64,000 nt of DNA, taken from contig NC_067400.1 in assembly GCF_016432865.1 (NCBI RefSeq), forward strand, positions 635,066,001 to 635,130,000, given 5' to 3'. Positions 25,231-37,799 of the stretch are shown here, piece after piece; position 1 is the stretch's first letter; each line of letters begins with the position of its first letter. The position numbers and the translations under genes were made by a program. The notes beneath the pieces were generated by a model, which was given only the letters and a program-made list of their open reading frames with translations, searched no databases and was not told the DNA's origin. The DNA comes from Antechinus flavipes (lineage: Eukaryota).

Positions 25231-28200
25231 TTACCCCTTCCCCGGAGGACGGGCCTTCATCCACGAGAGAGAACTCGCCCACTAGAGGCTGACTGGTCAG
25301 AGCCTTTGTCCGGCCCCGTCGCCTGGCCCGGCCCCAGAGGAAGCGCACTGATGCGGCCCCTGGGATGTTCCCTGACTCTGTAGCAGCCGGAAAGGAGTGG
25401 ACGGTGGGGCCGTAGCTGCTGAAATCCTTGGTTCTTAAAGGGGATGCCTGGAAAAGCAGAAGTCCGAGTTCCCCTCTCCAGAATCCCGGGAGAGGCGGAG
25501 GGCTTGGGCAGCCCCGGATGGGTCACAGAAGCCTGGGCCCCGTTCGGGGCCAAAGCTGGGGCTGGAGGGCGGGTCCCGTGGGGGATACAGGAATGGCCCT
25601 TGTTTCCCTCTGCCCCAGAGGTCTTCTTCCGACCTTCCTGGCCCCCCTCCCACGCTCAGGAGAGGGCGGATGTCCAGAAAGGAAGGTGGGGGTCAGGACA
25701 CTGGCAGCTGTAAAAAGGCTGGGGAGAAGGAATGGGAAGCAGGGCGGGGGGCACTTCTCTGCTGAAATGATGAAAATGAGCTGGGAGGGACGGGGAGCGG
25801 GCGCTGGGAGCAGTGTCACATTTTACAGATAAGGAAAGTGAGACCCAGGAGGCAACGCTGGGTAGGGTCCTTTCCACCGTTAACTGGCACCGAGCCTCAC
25901 ACTTCCCAGGTGCCCCAAAAGGGTGGGTGGGCATGGGGGTCTGGGCCAGGGGAGACCCCACGCATGCAGGGCTTGTGGACGATACCTGTGGACCAGGTGG
26001 GCAGGTACGTGGCTCACAGCCTCTGGATCTCTTGTGAAACATTGGACTAAGCGGCTGTCCGGAGCCTCCAAGGTTGCCCGCTGGCTTCCGGGCCTCCGAG
26101 GAAGCCTCCATGCTCTGAGCGGCTCCTCCGTCCCGGTGACCCTGAGGCCTGGGCTGAGGGGACCCTCTCCTCAGGTGTTGGGCGTGAATGTTAGAGCAAA
26201 CTTCCGTACCAAGAAGGAGGGGAGCTTCCTGGTGGGCTCTGCCCATGGCATGCCTTCTGGGTGGCAGAAGGGCTTTTTTTTGTGGGGGGGCAGTTGGAAT
26301 TTGGTGACTTGTCCAGGGTCACGCAGCTAGAAAGTGTTAAGTATCTCAGGCCATGTTTGAACTTGAGTCGTCCTAAATCCAGAGTCGATGCTCTATCCAC
26401 TGTGCCGTCTAGCTGCCCCACCAAGGGCTTTCTTGACTCAATTAACAGGATTATCTTAGGTGGGGGAAGGCTCAGAGGTTCCCATATAGCTACCAAATGG
26501 CAGAGTCAGGGCCCCGCAGGGCACGAGCCCCCGAGGCGGGCAGGAAAAGCGATCCAGGGACCCTCTGGAGGGCTCTCTGAAGCACCCGAGAACCCACTGT
26601 ATGACAGGGGACCGCCCGGTGTGGCGAGCCCCCCTCAGAGAAGGGGCTGCAGCTGTGCCAGAGGAGGCGTGAGAAGCCCCCGGAGTTCGTGGGGACTCGT
26701 GTCTGTGACGGAGCATCCGGAGCGCATTGGTCTGATCGGCCACGCCGCCACCGGACGCCGTCACAGATGTCATTTTGGTCCTCTTCAAGAACAAAGGGCA
26801 ACAACCAGCCAGAGGGGTGGTGGGGAGCCCCGGGGGCGTCCCAGGGAACCCTGGCAAAAAGGAGGAGCTGAGTGAGTCGTTCTTGCCTTGACTTACTCTT
26901 CTGAAATGACCTGTAAGAGGATTCTGGTTCTGAACCTTACAGACTGAGCTCTGGCAGACCTTTACCCTTCTCTGGGACCCAGCTCCCTTCCCTGGTGAAA
27001 TCAGCCAAGCAGTTGATCACAGACACTTATCAGGCACTCACAGGGTGCCAGCCACTGTCTGATACACAAGGGATGCACTGACCAAAAGGGGCCAAAGTCT
27101 CTGCCCTCGGGGAGCACTCGGGGCGTCTGAGAGGGGCAAAGCATGTGCTCTGGGAACTTGTTTTTGGTGGGGCCTCCAGTGCCTGCCCTTCCTGGACTCG
27201 AACCCCACTCATTGACCAGTGACTGGTTACTGACTTATCCGCGGCCCCAATGGGTGGGACTGGTCCAGTGTCCTGAGGGTGTCTCCAGCCAGAGCCTAAA
27301 GCATTTTTTAAAGAGTGTTTTATTTTCCCAAATCCATGCAGAGATAGTTTTCAATACTTACCTTCGCAAAACTTTGTGTTCCAAATTTTTCTCCCCACCC
27401 CCCAAGATCTCGGGCAATCAGGTAGAGGCTAGACACGTGCAATTCTGAGCATTTCCATACTTGTCATGCTGCACAAGAAAAATCAGATGAAAAGGGGGGA
27501 AATAGGCAGACAAAAAGTGAAAATGCTCTGCTTTTGGGGGACGTTCAGGCCCCATAGTTCTCCCTCTAGATGCAGGTGGCACTTTCCCAAGTCTTTTGAA
27601 ATTGCTTTGAATCAAACTGTTGAAAAGAGCCAAGTCCAGCACAGTTGAGTGATCATCGAATCTGATTGTTACTGTGTACAATGTTCTCTTGGTTCCACTC
27701 ACTTCATTCAGCATCAGGTCATGTAAGTCTTCCCAGGCTTTTGTGAAATCAGACTGCTCATTTTAACTAAAAAAAGAAAGGAAAACGATACAAAATGGAA
27801 CATAAAACATTGTCATGTGCCCAGCAGAATATCAGTGAGGATTCAAAATACATAAATTATTGGGTTCAAGAAAGGATATAAGAAATTATTTTCATGAATG
27901 TCCATCTTATAAGTTCTTTTGTTCTCTGCTGAGCACTTTTTCTGTTTTTTATTCCTTTCAACCCCATCCCCACTTCCTCTATGCAGGCTTATAGTTAAGG
28001 AGATGTATCTATTAAAATATGTATACACACATACACACCCTTTCCCCACACATTTTTGCTATTCCCGCTAACTCTGCTTTAATTCTCCTTCACTTGCTAT
28101 TTAACTTTGTCCCCATCCATGGATCCCTCTCTTCTCCATCTTCTGTCCATCCTTCCCTATTTATAGATTTTGGAGGCCATATATGTATATATGTAGTGGT

Positions 28201-28833
28201 GTTCCCTATTTTAACTTATTTTCACCATCAGTAGGCTTTCAAAACTCCGAACCCCCCTCCAATTTTAGTCTCCATGTCTCTTCTCCCTCTGGACCTCATT
28301 TTTTACCTTTTATCTTAATTCTGCCCCAGACTTTCTTTGAAGCTACCCCATTGCTGATGTCAATCTTAGAGTATTTCCGTGTTTAAAAAGAATTTGTTTA
28401 TATTAAGTTCCTTGAAACTGATCTTTGATATTGGATCTTAGAAAAAAATTTGAGTTCAGGTTTGGTTGAAAGTCCTGAAAATCTACAAGTTTTGTTGAAT
28501 GTCCGTTTTCTTTTTCATTCGATATTCTGGATAATTTTGCTGGATATATTTTTGGCCACAGGCCTAGTTCTTTTCATTGTCAGTGTAAATGATTCCGGGA
28601 CCTGAGGTCTTTATTTATTATGGCTGCTGCTAAGTCCTACACAATTCTAATTGTAGCCCCAGCATATTTGAATTGTTTATTTTTCTTGTTTCTTGCAAGA
28701 GTTTCTCTTTAATGTGCAGGTCTTGAAGTTTGACAATATTCCTATGTGTTTTCCACAAAGGATCTCTTTGAAACGGTCATCAATGGATTTTTTTTTTTCA
28801 TTTCTACTTTCTTCACATGTTCTATCACTCCAG

Positions 28834-29319
28834 TGTAACCTCCCCCTCAGAGGTTACTGATTGCCAGTCTTGCCTAATCCCAGGCCTTCAGAAATCTGCC
28901 TCTCCGAGCAGTGGTTCTTTACTGCTTACCCAATCCTAGGTTTTCCGAGATCTCTGGCCACTGCCTCACTGAGCTGTAGTTCTCTTGTCCAAAAGAGCAC
29001 CCAGACACAGCGGCTTGCAAGCTCAGGTCTTTATTCTACACGATCACATCCTGCACCACTCCTACATTCTCCCACACTCTGACTGAACTTCTACTGCCTC
29101 CACCTACTTCCAGCTCCTCACTACTTACATTGGGTCTATGAGGTCATATGCACAGCCAATAAGAGGAGACACCTCCCGTTGTTGATGCGTTCTCAATGTG
29201 ACCCAGAGCTCCCACTCACAAGGCGGTCCCTATTAGCTGCAGAGATCGCATCTGGGTACCTCAGACATCAAAGCCTCTTTACTTCATTATAATGCGAGGT
29301 TCCTCTTTGGATCCTTACA
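28834..29319 (-). mobile_element. Solo LTR (486 bp) with 6-bp TSD
   Basis: TG...CA termini; TSD ctccag at 28828-28833 and 29320-29325; minus-strand AATAAAGAC near 29030. Confidence 0.9.
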
Positions 29320-29545
29320 CTCCAGGACAATTTTCTTGGATTATTTCTTGTATTGTGTCAAGACTTTTTTCATCGCAACTTTCAGGTAGTCTATATTTTT
29401 TCTTCTTGATTTGTTCTCTACATCTGTTATGTTTCACATTCTGTTCTATTTTTTTCATATTTTATTTTATGGTCTCATAGCTTCACTGGCTTCCTCTTGC
29501 CCAATTCTAATTTTCAGAGAGTTTATCTTTTAAGACTTTGTTTTT

Positions 29546-29665
29546 TGGATAGAGCATTAGCTCTGAAAAGTCAGGAAGACCTGAGTTCAAATCTGGTCTC
29601 AGACACAAAACTTCCTGTGTGACTCTGGGCAAGTCTTAACCCCAAATGCCTCAGCAAAAAAAATT
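29546..29665 (+). mobile_element. CORE-SINE (WSINE1-like)
   Basis: ggatagagcattagctctgaaaagtcaggaagacctgagttcaaatc...gcctcagcaaaaaaa. Confidence 0.85.
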
Positions 29666-30779
29666 TCATTTTCTAGTTGGTTAACTTTTTTCATAATCTT
29701 GTTTTTCTTGGGGTTTTTTGTGGAGGGTTTTTTAGTTTTTCAATGTTTCATTTGATTTTTAAATTCTCTTTGAAGTTCTATAAATTCTCTCTGGGCAGGG
29801 AGCCAATTAGCATTCTTCAGGGTAGAAGCTTTTTTTTTTTTTGCTTCAGTATCATCCTTTGAAAATGAACCCTGGTCAGTCTTGTTCTCATAGTAAGTCT
29901 CTATGGTTAAGTTTTTCTTTGCCAATTCTTTTTTAAATTAGTACAAGCACCTCTAATTATGGGATAGGGAGATGGTGACTCTAGCTTTACTTCAATTCTT
30001 CCTTCTGACCTGGACCTCAGCCTGGCCTGCCCCACCTTCCATAGCTGCTCCATTGCAGAGGCCAGAAGGGCCAGCTCGGGGGTCAAGGAGATGGACCAGT
30101 GCCCAGCAAGGAAGGATAACAGCATTGAGAGTTCATAGATTGGGGTCAGAGCCGGTGTCGAGGTGTCTCAAAAGTATTTGCAGGATTGAACCCAACTCCA
30201 AATTAAGGTGCAAAGTTTATTGTAATGCCAGTTGAAGCCAGCTGAGTACCAAAAGGAGTTAGCAAAGAACCAGGAGCAAGAAGACAAATTTATAGGAAAA
30301 AACAGATCTGGTTCTTCATCTTACTGATATGCTAATTTTGTGGCCCAGAAGTAAAACTGAGGAGTGGTCTGGTATGCACCTCACCATTTGTCTCAGAAAC
30401 CCATTTTATCACTGACCAACAGATTATCTGGCAATCAGGAAAGCTGCTAGAACTATTGTATTCCAAAAGCCACTAGACTTTAGGATCATTGACAGATTTT
30501 TTAGAATAGCACTCGAAGGTCAGGGGACCTCAGGATTTCTGCTGTATTTCTCGAAGTTGTACTCCCTTCAGCAGCAGCTATAATGATAAACATCTAAGAA
30601 CAATCCCTTTCTCTTCCTTTGGCGGCCTCCAGACCACCTGATTTTCCTTCCTCGGGGGCTCCCCTAAAGCCTCATTTTTCTTGTTCTTGGGTTCCCATGC
30701 TGGTCTGACTCTTTTTGAAGACCTTAGTATCCTGAAACTGTTACACTAAGCCAGGATCAGTATGAAATCAAATACTGAG

Positions 30780-31420
30780 AAACAATCATTAGTCAAAACA
30801 TTAAACATTATGTGCCAATCACTGTGCTAAATGCTGGGGATACAAAAAAGGGGCAAAAGTTTGTCCCTGCCATCTGGGAGTCCAAAGTCTGAAGGAGAAG
30901 GGCCTGCAAATAGTTACAACCAAGTGATTTACAGAATAATAGGAAGTCATTAACACAAGAAAAGCCCTGGAAGACTTTCTGTAAAAACTGGGAGTTTAAT
31001 TGGGACTTGGAAGTCAGGGAGATCAGTTGAGTGGAGGAGAGAAAGCATTCCAGGCATAGGGCACTGAATGGAGAACACAGCCTGGAGGCTGTCATGCTTA
31101 AAAAGTATAGTCTGACAGTGAGGTGTAAAATTCTCCTGGATCGTTAAGAGCTTTTAATGCCAAACAGAGCATTACCTATTTACTCCTAGAAACTATAGGG
31201 ATCCACTTGTTTGTTGAGTGAGGGTGGAGAATGACGTCAGATCTGTGCTTTAGGAAAATCACTTTAGTGGCAGAATGAGGAATGGTCTGGAGAGAGACCC
31301 ATTCCCCAAGACCATCCCCTATTGCCATCCACTAGCATCACATTACATAGCTGTGAGTGATAAGATCCTGCAGCAAGAAAGTGACAGTGTCAGAGGAGAG
31401 AAGGGGATAAAAAAATTGCT
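30780..31420 (-). mobile_element. L2 3' portion
   Basis: tgtgccaatcactgtgctaaatgctggggatacaaa is the antisense L2 3' end; continues to gtcagaggagagaagggg. Confidence 0.7.
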
Positions 31421-32475
31421 GCAGAGGTGACATGGACAAGAGAAGGTACAGAGATGAAATGGAGCAGAGATACTGCAGAAGTGACATGGACTAGAGATTG
31501 TGAGGTGGTGAAATGGACCAGAGATGTTGCAGAGGTGACATGAACCAGAGACGCTGCACAAGTGAAATGGACCAGAGAAGCTACAGATGTGACATGGACC
31601 AGAGATGCTACAGAGGTGAAACAGACCAGAGAGGAAGCATAGGTGATATGGATTGGAGATGGTGCAGAGGTGAAATAGGCCACAGATGCTGAAGTGACAT
31701 GGACCAGAGATGGTACAAAGGTGACATGGCCCAGAGATGCTGCAGAGTTAAAAGGAACCAGATTTAGTGCAGAGTTGAAAGGGACCAGAGAAGCTGCAGA
31801 GGTGAAATGGATCAGAAATGGTGCAGGAGTGACATGGACCAGAGATTGTGTGGAGGTGAAATGGACTAGAGATGCTGCAGAAGTGAAATCAACCAGAGAA
31901 ACTGCAGAGGTGAAATGGATCAGTGATAGTGCAGAGGTGAAATGGACTAGAGATGCTGCAGAGGTGAAATGGACCAGAGATGGTGCAATGTGACGAATGC
32001 GCTAGCACCCAGGACACCCCAGAATCAGCCAGAGTCAGAATAAGCAAAAGTCCCTAGTCTTTATTCTTGGTCTTTAGACACAGGATTGAACAGGAAAGAA
32101 GTGGAATCTCCGCGACTGCCTTCTCCCTCATATACTGCCAAAGTATGACTGGCCAGTCTTACTCCACCCCCTAGTCCCTCCTACAATCCTCTGTATACAC
32201 CAATCATTGAGCCAGCACAGGATAGTGGGAAGGACCATTTTCCAAGCATATGCCCATAAAGTATTGTCCAATCAGTGCCCATAAAGTGTTGTCCAATCAG
32301 TAGTTAGCCTCAAGTGCTCAGCAGTCCTGACCTCAGTGCATCAACTCAATAGTTTCAGCCCTCTATAGTGCTGAGGTGAAATGGACCAGAAATGGTACAA
32401 AGGTGACATGGCCCAGAGATGCTGCAGAGTTTAAGCGACCAGAGAAGCTGCAGAGGTGAAATGGATCAGAGATGC
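31420..32475. repeat. 27-bp L2-derived array (31420-31988 and 32368-32475) split by an LTR
   Basis: Same unit as at 4.0 kb and 18.5 kb; resumes directly after the LTR. Confidence 0.9.
31989..32367 (-). mobile_element. Solo LTR, same family as 60486-60854
   Basis: Shares gacctcagtgcatcaactca, tagcctcaagtg and aatcagcc(a/g)gagtcag with the 60.5-kb element; minus-strand AATAAAGAC. Confidence 0.85.
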
Positions 32476-34059
32476 TGCAGAAGTGAAATCAACCGACCTT
32501 GACAGCTTATTGAATCTGGGGAATGAGAGTAATGAGATGTAGCTCCGATGGAGGACATAGCAATACCTGCTACCGTACCTTGAGAGTGCCACAAACAATG
32601 CTGACTGTCAGATAACAATCTGTTGGTCAGTGATAATCAAAATTTCTGAGAATTCAATAGTGGGGTGCAACACTTCTAAGCCCTAGAATTCTATATTTTT
32701 CAAGACCACTCTATACAAGATAACTATAAATATGTATAGGTATATTGGATTTAACATATTTTAACATTTTTAACATGTAATAGACTACCTGTCATCTAGT
32801 GGAGGGGGTGGGAGGAAGGAGGAGATAAGTAAGGGACCCTTTGCAAGGGTTAGTGTTGAAAAATAACTTATGCATATGTTTTCTAAATAAAAACCTTTAA
32901 AAAAATTACTAGTTGCTAGTACTAAATATAAAAATAATTGATCCTAGCTACCTGGTATACAATTTATTGTCAATAACCACTGCCACAGGTCATCTAGGAA
33001 GCTTGCCATGTTTCTCAAGTGGACATTTAATGCCTTTTTAAGGGCAACTAATAAAATCTAATCCATTTATTAAAAAAAAAAAAAAAAAAAAAAACACTCT
33101 GCAATTTTACCTCTAAGCTATAAAATTAGCCTATCAGTAACTTGAAGAATTAAAGTCCAATGCCCCTATGAGACACTAAAGCCCAATGATGGGGGAGAAC
33201 TGACCAAGTTACCAAGGTGATCTCCATCTGGGGTCACAAGGGAAACAGCTGGGGAAGGCAACTCCACCCATCAGTGACCTAAGCAGAAAAGCTGAGGTTG
33301 GGGAACCCTACAGGCAGAGACTGGCCTGTCCCGGAGGCCAGGGAGGGAGCCATTGGTGTACCCTTCTCTTTCTTTCTGCCTGTAGCCTGGGCAAGTTCCT
33401 CTTGTGCCACATTGAACCCCTGCTATCAGCTTGAAAGGGAGGAGGGGAAACAACACTGCCACCCACCTCCTTGCTAGGAGCCCCAACAGGTAAGCTTGAC
33501 TGCCTCTCCCTGGGCCTCCCCACACAAACACCTCCTTGCCATCTCCTCCACAAGGTGCTTTAGAAAGGGGGGGTCTCCCAGGGAGAGGGATTCCAGCAGG
33601 ACTGGAAGGATCTGAAGGGGAGAGGTGCCACACGAGGGCAGGGCTAGGAGCATGGGGAGGGGGAGTCTGGAGGGCAGTCACCACTGAATGCTAGCCCACT
33701 GGGTGAAGGGCCAGCCCCTTCTTCGGAAGGGAACCCTCTCTGCAAGGGAACCCTTCTCTGCCCTCCCCTCTTTCCAGGACAGCAAGTCATGAACTCCATC
33801 ATGGCCCATGGAGTCACCAGGACATGACCAGGCTGGCCCTGGGCAGAGGAGCCCAGCTAAGGGCATCGGAGGTCTCAGCCAGGAGCATCTAGTAGGAAAG
33901 ACCCTCCCCCCAAGGACCTGAGGATGGGCTAAGTGGGGGCCAGGGACTGCCCCATAACCTGGGCAGCAAGAGGGAGGACTCCAGCAGGTTTGTAGGCAGA
34001 AAAAAGGAAGCTGGAAGAGAGGGAGGGATTGGGAAGGGCGGGACGGGGGTCCCTCCAGG

Positions 34060-34990
34060 AGCCAAGGCTTCTTCCCGTGTGAACCCTCAGGTGCTGGCTC
34101 AGGTCCGAGCTCCCCTTGAAATGCCTTCTCGCACTCACCACACCCCTCGGGCCTCTCCCCGCGCCCGTGGCGTCTCTCCCCGCGCCCCCATCGGGCCTGT
34201 CCCCGCGCCCCTCCGGCCTCTCCCCGCGCCCCCATCGGACCTCTCCCCGCGCCCCTCCGGCCTCTCCCCGCGCCCCGTCGGGCTTGTCCCCGGGGCCGAG
34301 CTCCACACGAAGCTGCTTCTGTCTCTCGCCACGGTGACTCTTCTGGTGCTCGCGAAGGTCCGAGCTGCCCCCAAGGCTCTCCCACACTGGCGGCGTCGGG
34401 GCGGATGCTCGGTGCGCGGAGGGTGGCGCTGGGGGAGCCTCGCGGCACGTGTAGGGCTTGGTCCCTGGGGGACTCCTCCGGTGCTCCTGGAGGTTGGAGC
34501 CGCTCGGGAAGCCCTTTCTCACATTCGCCGACTGTAGGTCTTAGTGCTGGGCCGCTTCCTCAGCGGCCCCAGGCCCTCCTTCCCCAGGGCACCGCTCTCC
34601 TGACCCGTGGTGTTCCTCCTGGTACAGCCCCTGCCCTGGGCACTCGGCTCGGGATTCCGGCTCTCTCCGGCAGCGCCTGCGGGGACCCCTCCTCTTGCCA
34701 GCGGCTCTCCCGTGTTCCGGGGCTGGAGTCTCCCCGGAAGGCGCTCGCACTCCCGGCCCTTTCTCCTTTCCTCGCTGGACGGCTAGCGCCGCGCCGCCCT
34801 CTGGGGCGCCCTGGGGGATGGAGGGTCTGTGGGGCTCCCCGCGGGGCCCTGCCTTTGGCCGGCCTTCCCCGCTGCGGTCCTCGGGGAGCCCGGCAGAACG
34901 GCCTCCGGTCTCTCTTTGCCCTTCCCCTCCCCCGCTCTTCTGCTCTCGGTGGTGAAACGGGGGCTTTCTCAGAGCCACAGAGAAGATCAA
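34060..34990 (-). pseudogene. Decayed paralog of the 39-kb ZNF terminal exon
   Basis: Remnants GSNLQEHRRS, GGSSDLREHQKSH and [15 protein letters not shown] with frameshifts and an internal repeat expansion. Confidence 0.85.
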
Positions 34991-36721
34991 GGGAAAGGGA
35001 GGGCGGGGAAGGCCCCATCACCGCCGAGCAGGAGGGGGGAGAAGGGAAAGGGGTCCAGCCCAGCTTCCCCAGGGAGGATGGAGGCCCACGGGGTGCACAA
35101 TTCCAAGGATGTCCCTGGGAACAGGCCAGGGAACTACCAGAGGAGCCCTGGCCCCTTAGTCTCCTCCCCCAGCTCCTCAGCCCCTCCCTCGGCCCCTCAG
35201 CCTCTCCCCCAGCCCCTCAGCCCCTCCCCCGGCCCCTCAGCCTCTCCCCCAGCTCCTCAGCCCCTCCCCCGACCCCTCAGCTGCCTCCCCGGCCCCAGCA
35301 CACACAGCTCCTCCCCTGCCAGTAGCAAATCCAACCTCAGACACCCTGTCCAAGTGACCCCAGATAGGTCACTGCCCGCCTCAGTTTCCTTATCTGTAAA
35401 ATGGGGATCATAATAGCCCCTCTCTCTCAAGGTCACTGAGGATCAAACGAGATCATAGCTGCAAAGCTTGGCGAGGGCGGCTGAGGGCGGGTGCCTGAGG
35501 GGAGGGGGACCACCTTGCTGGACAGTCAGCCTGAGTCCGGCCCCTTACCTCGCTGCTCCAGCACAGGGCCTTTGGTGTCCCAGAGCACCCCAGGGTGCTG
35601 GGCCCCGCTGCTCCCGAGCCTCCCCACTCGTCCTGTGACCTCCCCCCACCCCCACTGTGGCCACTTGCTGAAGTGAGCCTGAGACCTGGCAGAGAGAGGG
35701 AGGGAAGGAAGAGAGGGGAGGAAGGAGAGCAGGAAGGGGAAGGGAGGGGAGAAAAGGAGAGGGGAGGGGGGGAGAAAGGAGAGGGAGGGGAACCTGACCT
35801 CACATCCTAATTCCTAGAGGAGGAAGGAGAGAAACGTTTCACTCTAGATTGAAGGTCTGTGGCCCAGGTGGGCTAAGCATCTATTAAGTACCAACTGTAT
35901 GCCAGGCACTGTGCTTAATGCAGGAAGTCAAGCTGAGCATCTGGCCCGTCTCTGCAGACCTCCGTGGACCTCAGTGTCCTTGCATGGAACACCCGGGGGC
36001 GCCACGGCCGACTAGTTTGGAGAGGGAGGGGAGGAGGCTGCCCCTGCCCAGGGAGTGGAGGCCATCTCGCCGGTCCCCTTTCAGAGGGGAGAACCCTGGG
36101 AGGAGGCAGCCAGGACGGACAGAGCCCGGCTCCCACGGCGCACGAAGACACAGAAGGAGCTGGCCATGTTTGGGCTGGAGGAGGCAAGACCAGGAGGACC
36201 TGGCAGGTCCTTGGGGGCAAGAGCCGGGCAGGGAAGGGGCTGGCAGAGGCCCCTTTGGCTCCTTGTCGAATGGGCAGGATGCTGGCACGGAGGGTCCCAG
36301 CCCTCAGCCCCTTCATCGGGATCGGTGAGCTCGGCTCCCCTCAGCTGGAGCCATGGAGGATCCCCAAAGTCATCGGCGCACACAGCCGGCCGCAAGCGGG
36401 GAGGGGAAGGGATAGTGGGGGGGTGGGGGTGACTGCGGCGGCCGGTGGGCCCGGCCCAGCAACGAACAGCAGCCCGGAGCAGGCGTCCCTGAAAAGGAGC
36501 CATGCAGTCCCTGCCTCCTCGGGGCAGCCTTCGCAGGCCCCCAGATGCCTCCCCCAAGGGGGTGACTTCCTCAGAGGGAGACTCCCTCCCGAGCTCGGGA
36601 CACTGAGAGAATACTGGGCTCCCGGGCACGGGAAGAAGGCGGGGGACACTCCACAAGGACCCAATGACAGCAGCAGGCATGAGCAGGGACCTGGAGCTCC
36701 TCAAGGTGTCCAGCAAGCCAC

Positions 36722-37092
36722 GGCCTGATGGACCAGGGGCCTGATGGACCAACGGCCTGATGGACCAGGGGCCTGATGGACCAGGGGCCTGATGGACCAA
36801 GGGCCTGATGGACCAGGGGCCTGATGGACCAACAGCCTGATGGACCAGGGGCCTGATGGACCAACGGCCTGATGGACCAGGGGCCTGATGGACCAGGGGC
36901 CTGATGGACCAACGGCCTGATGGACCAACGGCCTGATGGACCAGGGGCCTGATGGACCAGGGGCCTGATGGACCAGGGGCCTGATGGACCAACGGCCTGA
37001 TGGACCAACGGCCTGATGGACCAGGGGCCTGATGGACCAGGGGCCTGATGGACCAGAGGCCTGATGGACTGGAAGCCTGATGGACCAATGGT
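36722..37092. repeat. 16-bp minisatellite ggcctgatggacca(gg/ac), about 23 units
   Basis: Direct reading. Confidence 0.95.
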
Positions 37093-37799
37093 CTGATCGA
37101 CCTGGGAAACCGGTACCCTGGCGGAGGACTTAAGTCAAAACAGTCAAAATAGAAGAAAAGCAGGCCCGAGATGGGGGCCTGGGACTTGGTCAGCTAAAAA
37201 GCAAGATCAGGAGACGGGAGGAGTCAAGAGAAAGGTCACGTGGTCCAACCAAAGCTAGGGGGCAAGAGAAGAGAAATGCAAGAAGTGCAGCATGGCCATC
37301 TGGCGAGGGGGGGTGCTAGAGAAGGGGGGTACACTGGGAGGAAATGCAGGGCAAGCACTGAGAACAACAGCAAAAAAAAAAAAAGGAAGGGGGAGGGACA
37401 GTGGGAAGAGAGGGAAGACAGAAAAGGGGGAAGGAGGGAAAGAAGGAAGAAAGGGGAGGGGAGAGATGGGGTGGAAAGAGGGAGAAAGGAAAGAGGGAGA
37501 GAAGGGGTAAAGGGGAGGAGAAGGATGGGGTGGAAGGAGGGAGGAAGGAAAGAGGAAGATAAGGGAGGAGGGAGGGAAAGAAGGGAGGAAGAAAGAAGGG
37601 AAGGGAAGGGGCAAAGGGGGGTGAAGGGAGGAGTAAAGGGAGGGAGAGGAGGGAGGAAAGGGAGAAGTAGAGGAGAGCTTGAAGTAGGAACAATGCTTGA
37701 GCCTCTGTTCTCTCCTGTAGAATGGAGGGGAGATCTGGGGATGTTTGGGAAAGAGGACCATGAAGCAGTGGGGAGGAGATGGGAGACTTCATGAAGAGA

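Larger units (their letters stand above)
27300..29960 (-). mobile_element. Degenerate L1 fragments, interrupted by an LTR and a SINE
   Basis: T-rich antisense L1 text, e.g. cttggttccactcacttcattcagcatcaggtcatgtaagtct and ORF1-like antisense sequence at 28.4-29.9 kb. Confidence 0.7.

Noticed and set aside
29972-30235. 87-aa ORF with a signal-peptide-like start (MVTLALLQFFLLTWTSA)
   Set aside because: Lies between L1 and LTR-like sequence, with no recognisable mature domain or exon context; likely chance
36081-37088. 335-aa repeat ORF and the overlapping GC-rich ORFs at 34.4-36.7 kb and 55.4-56.2 kb
   Set aside because: Explained by stop-poor VNTRs and high GC; no splice or domain support
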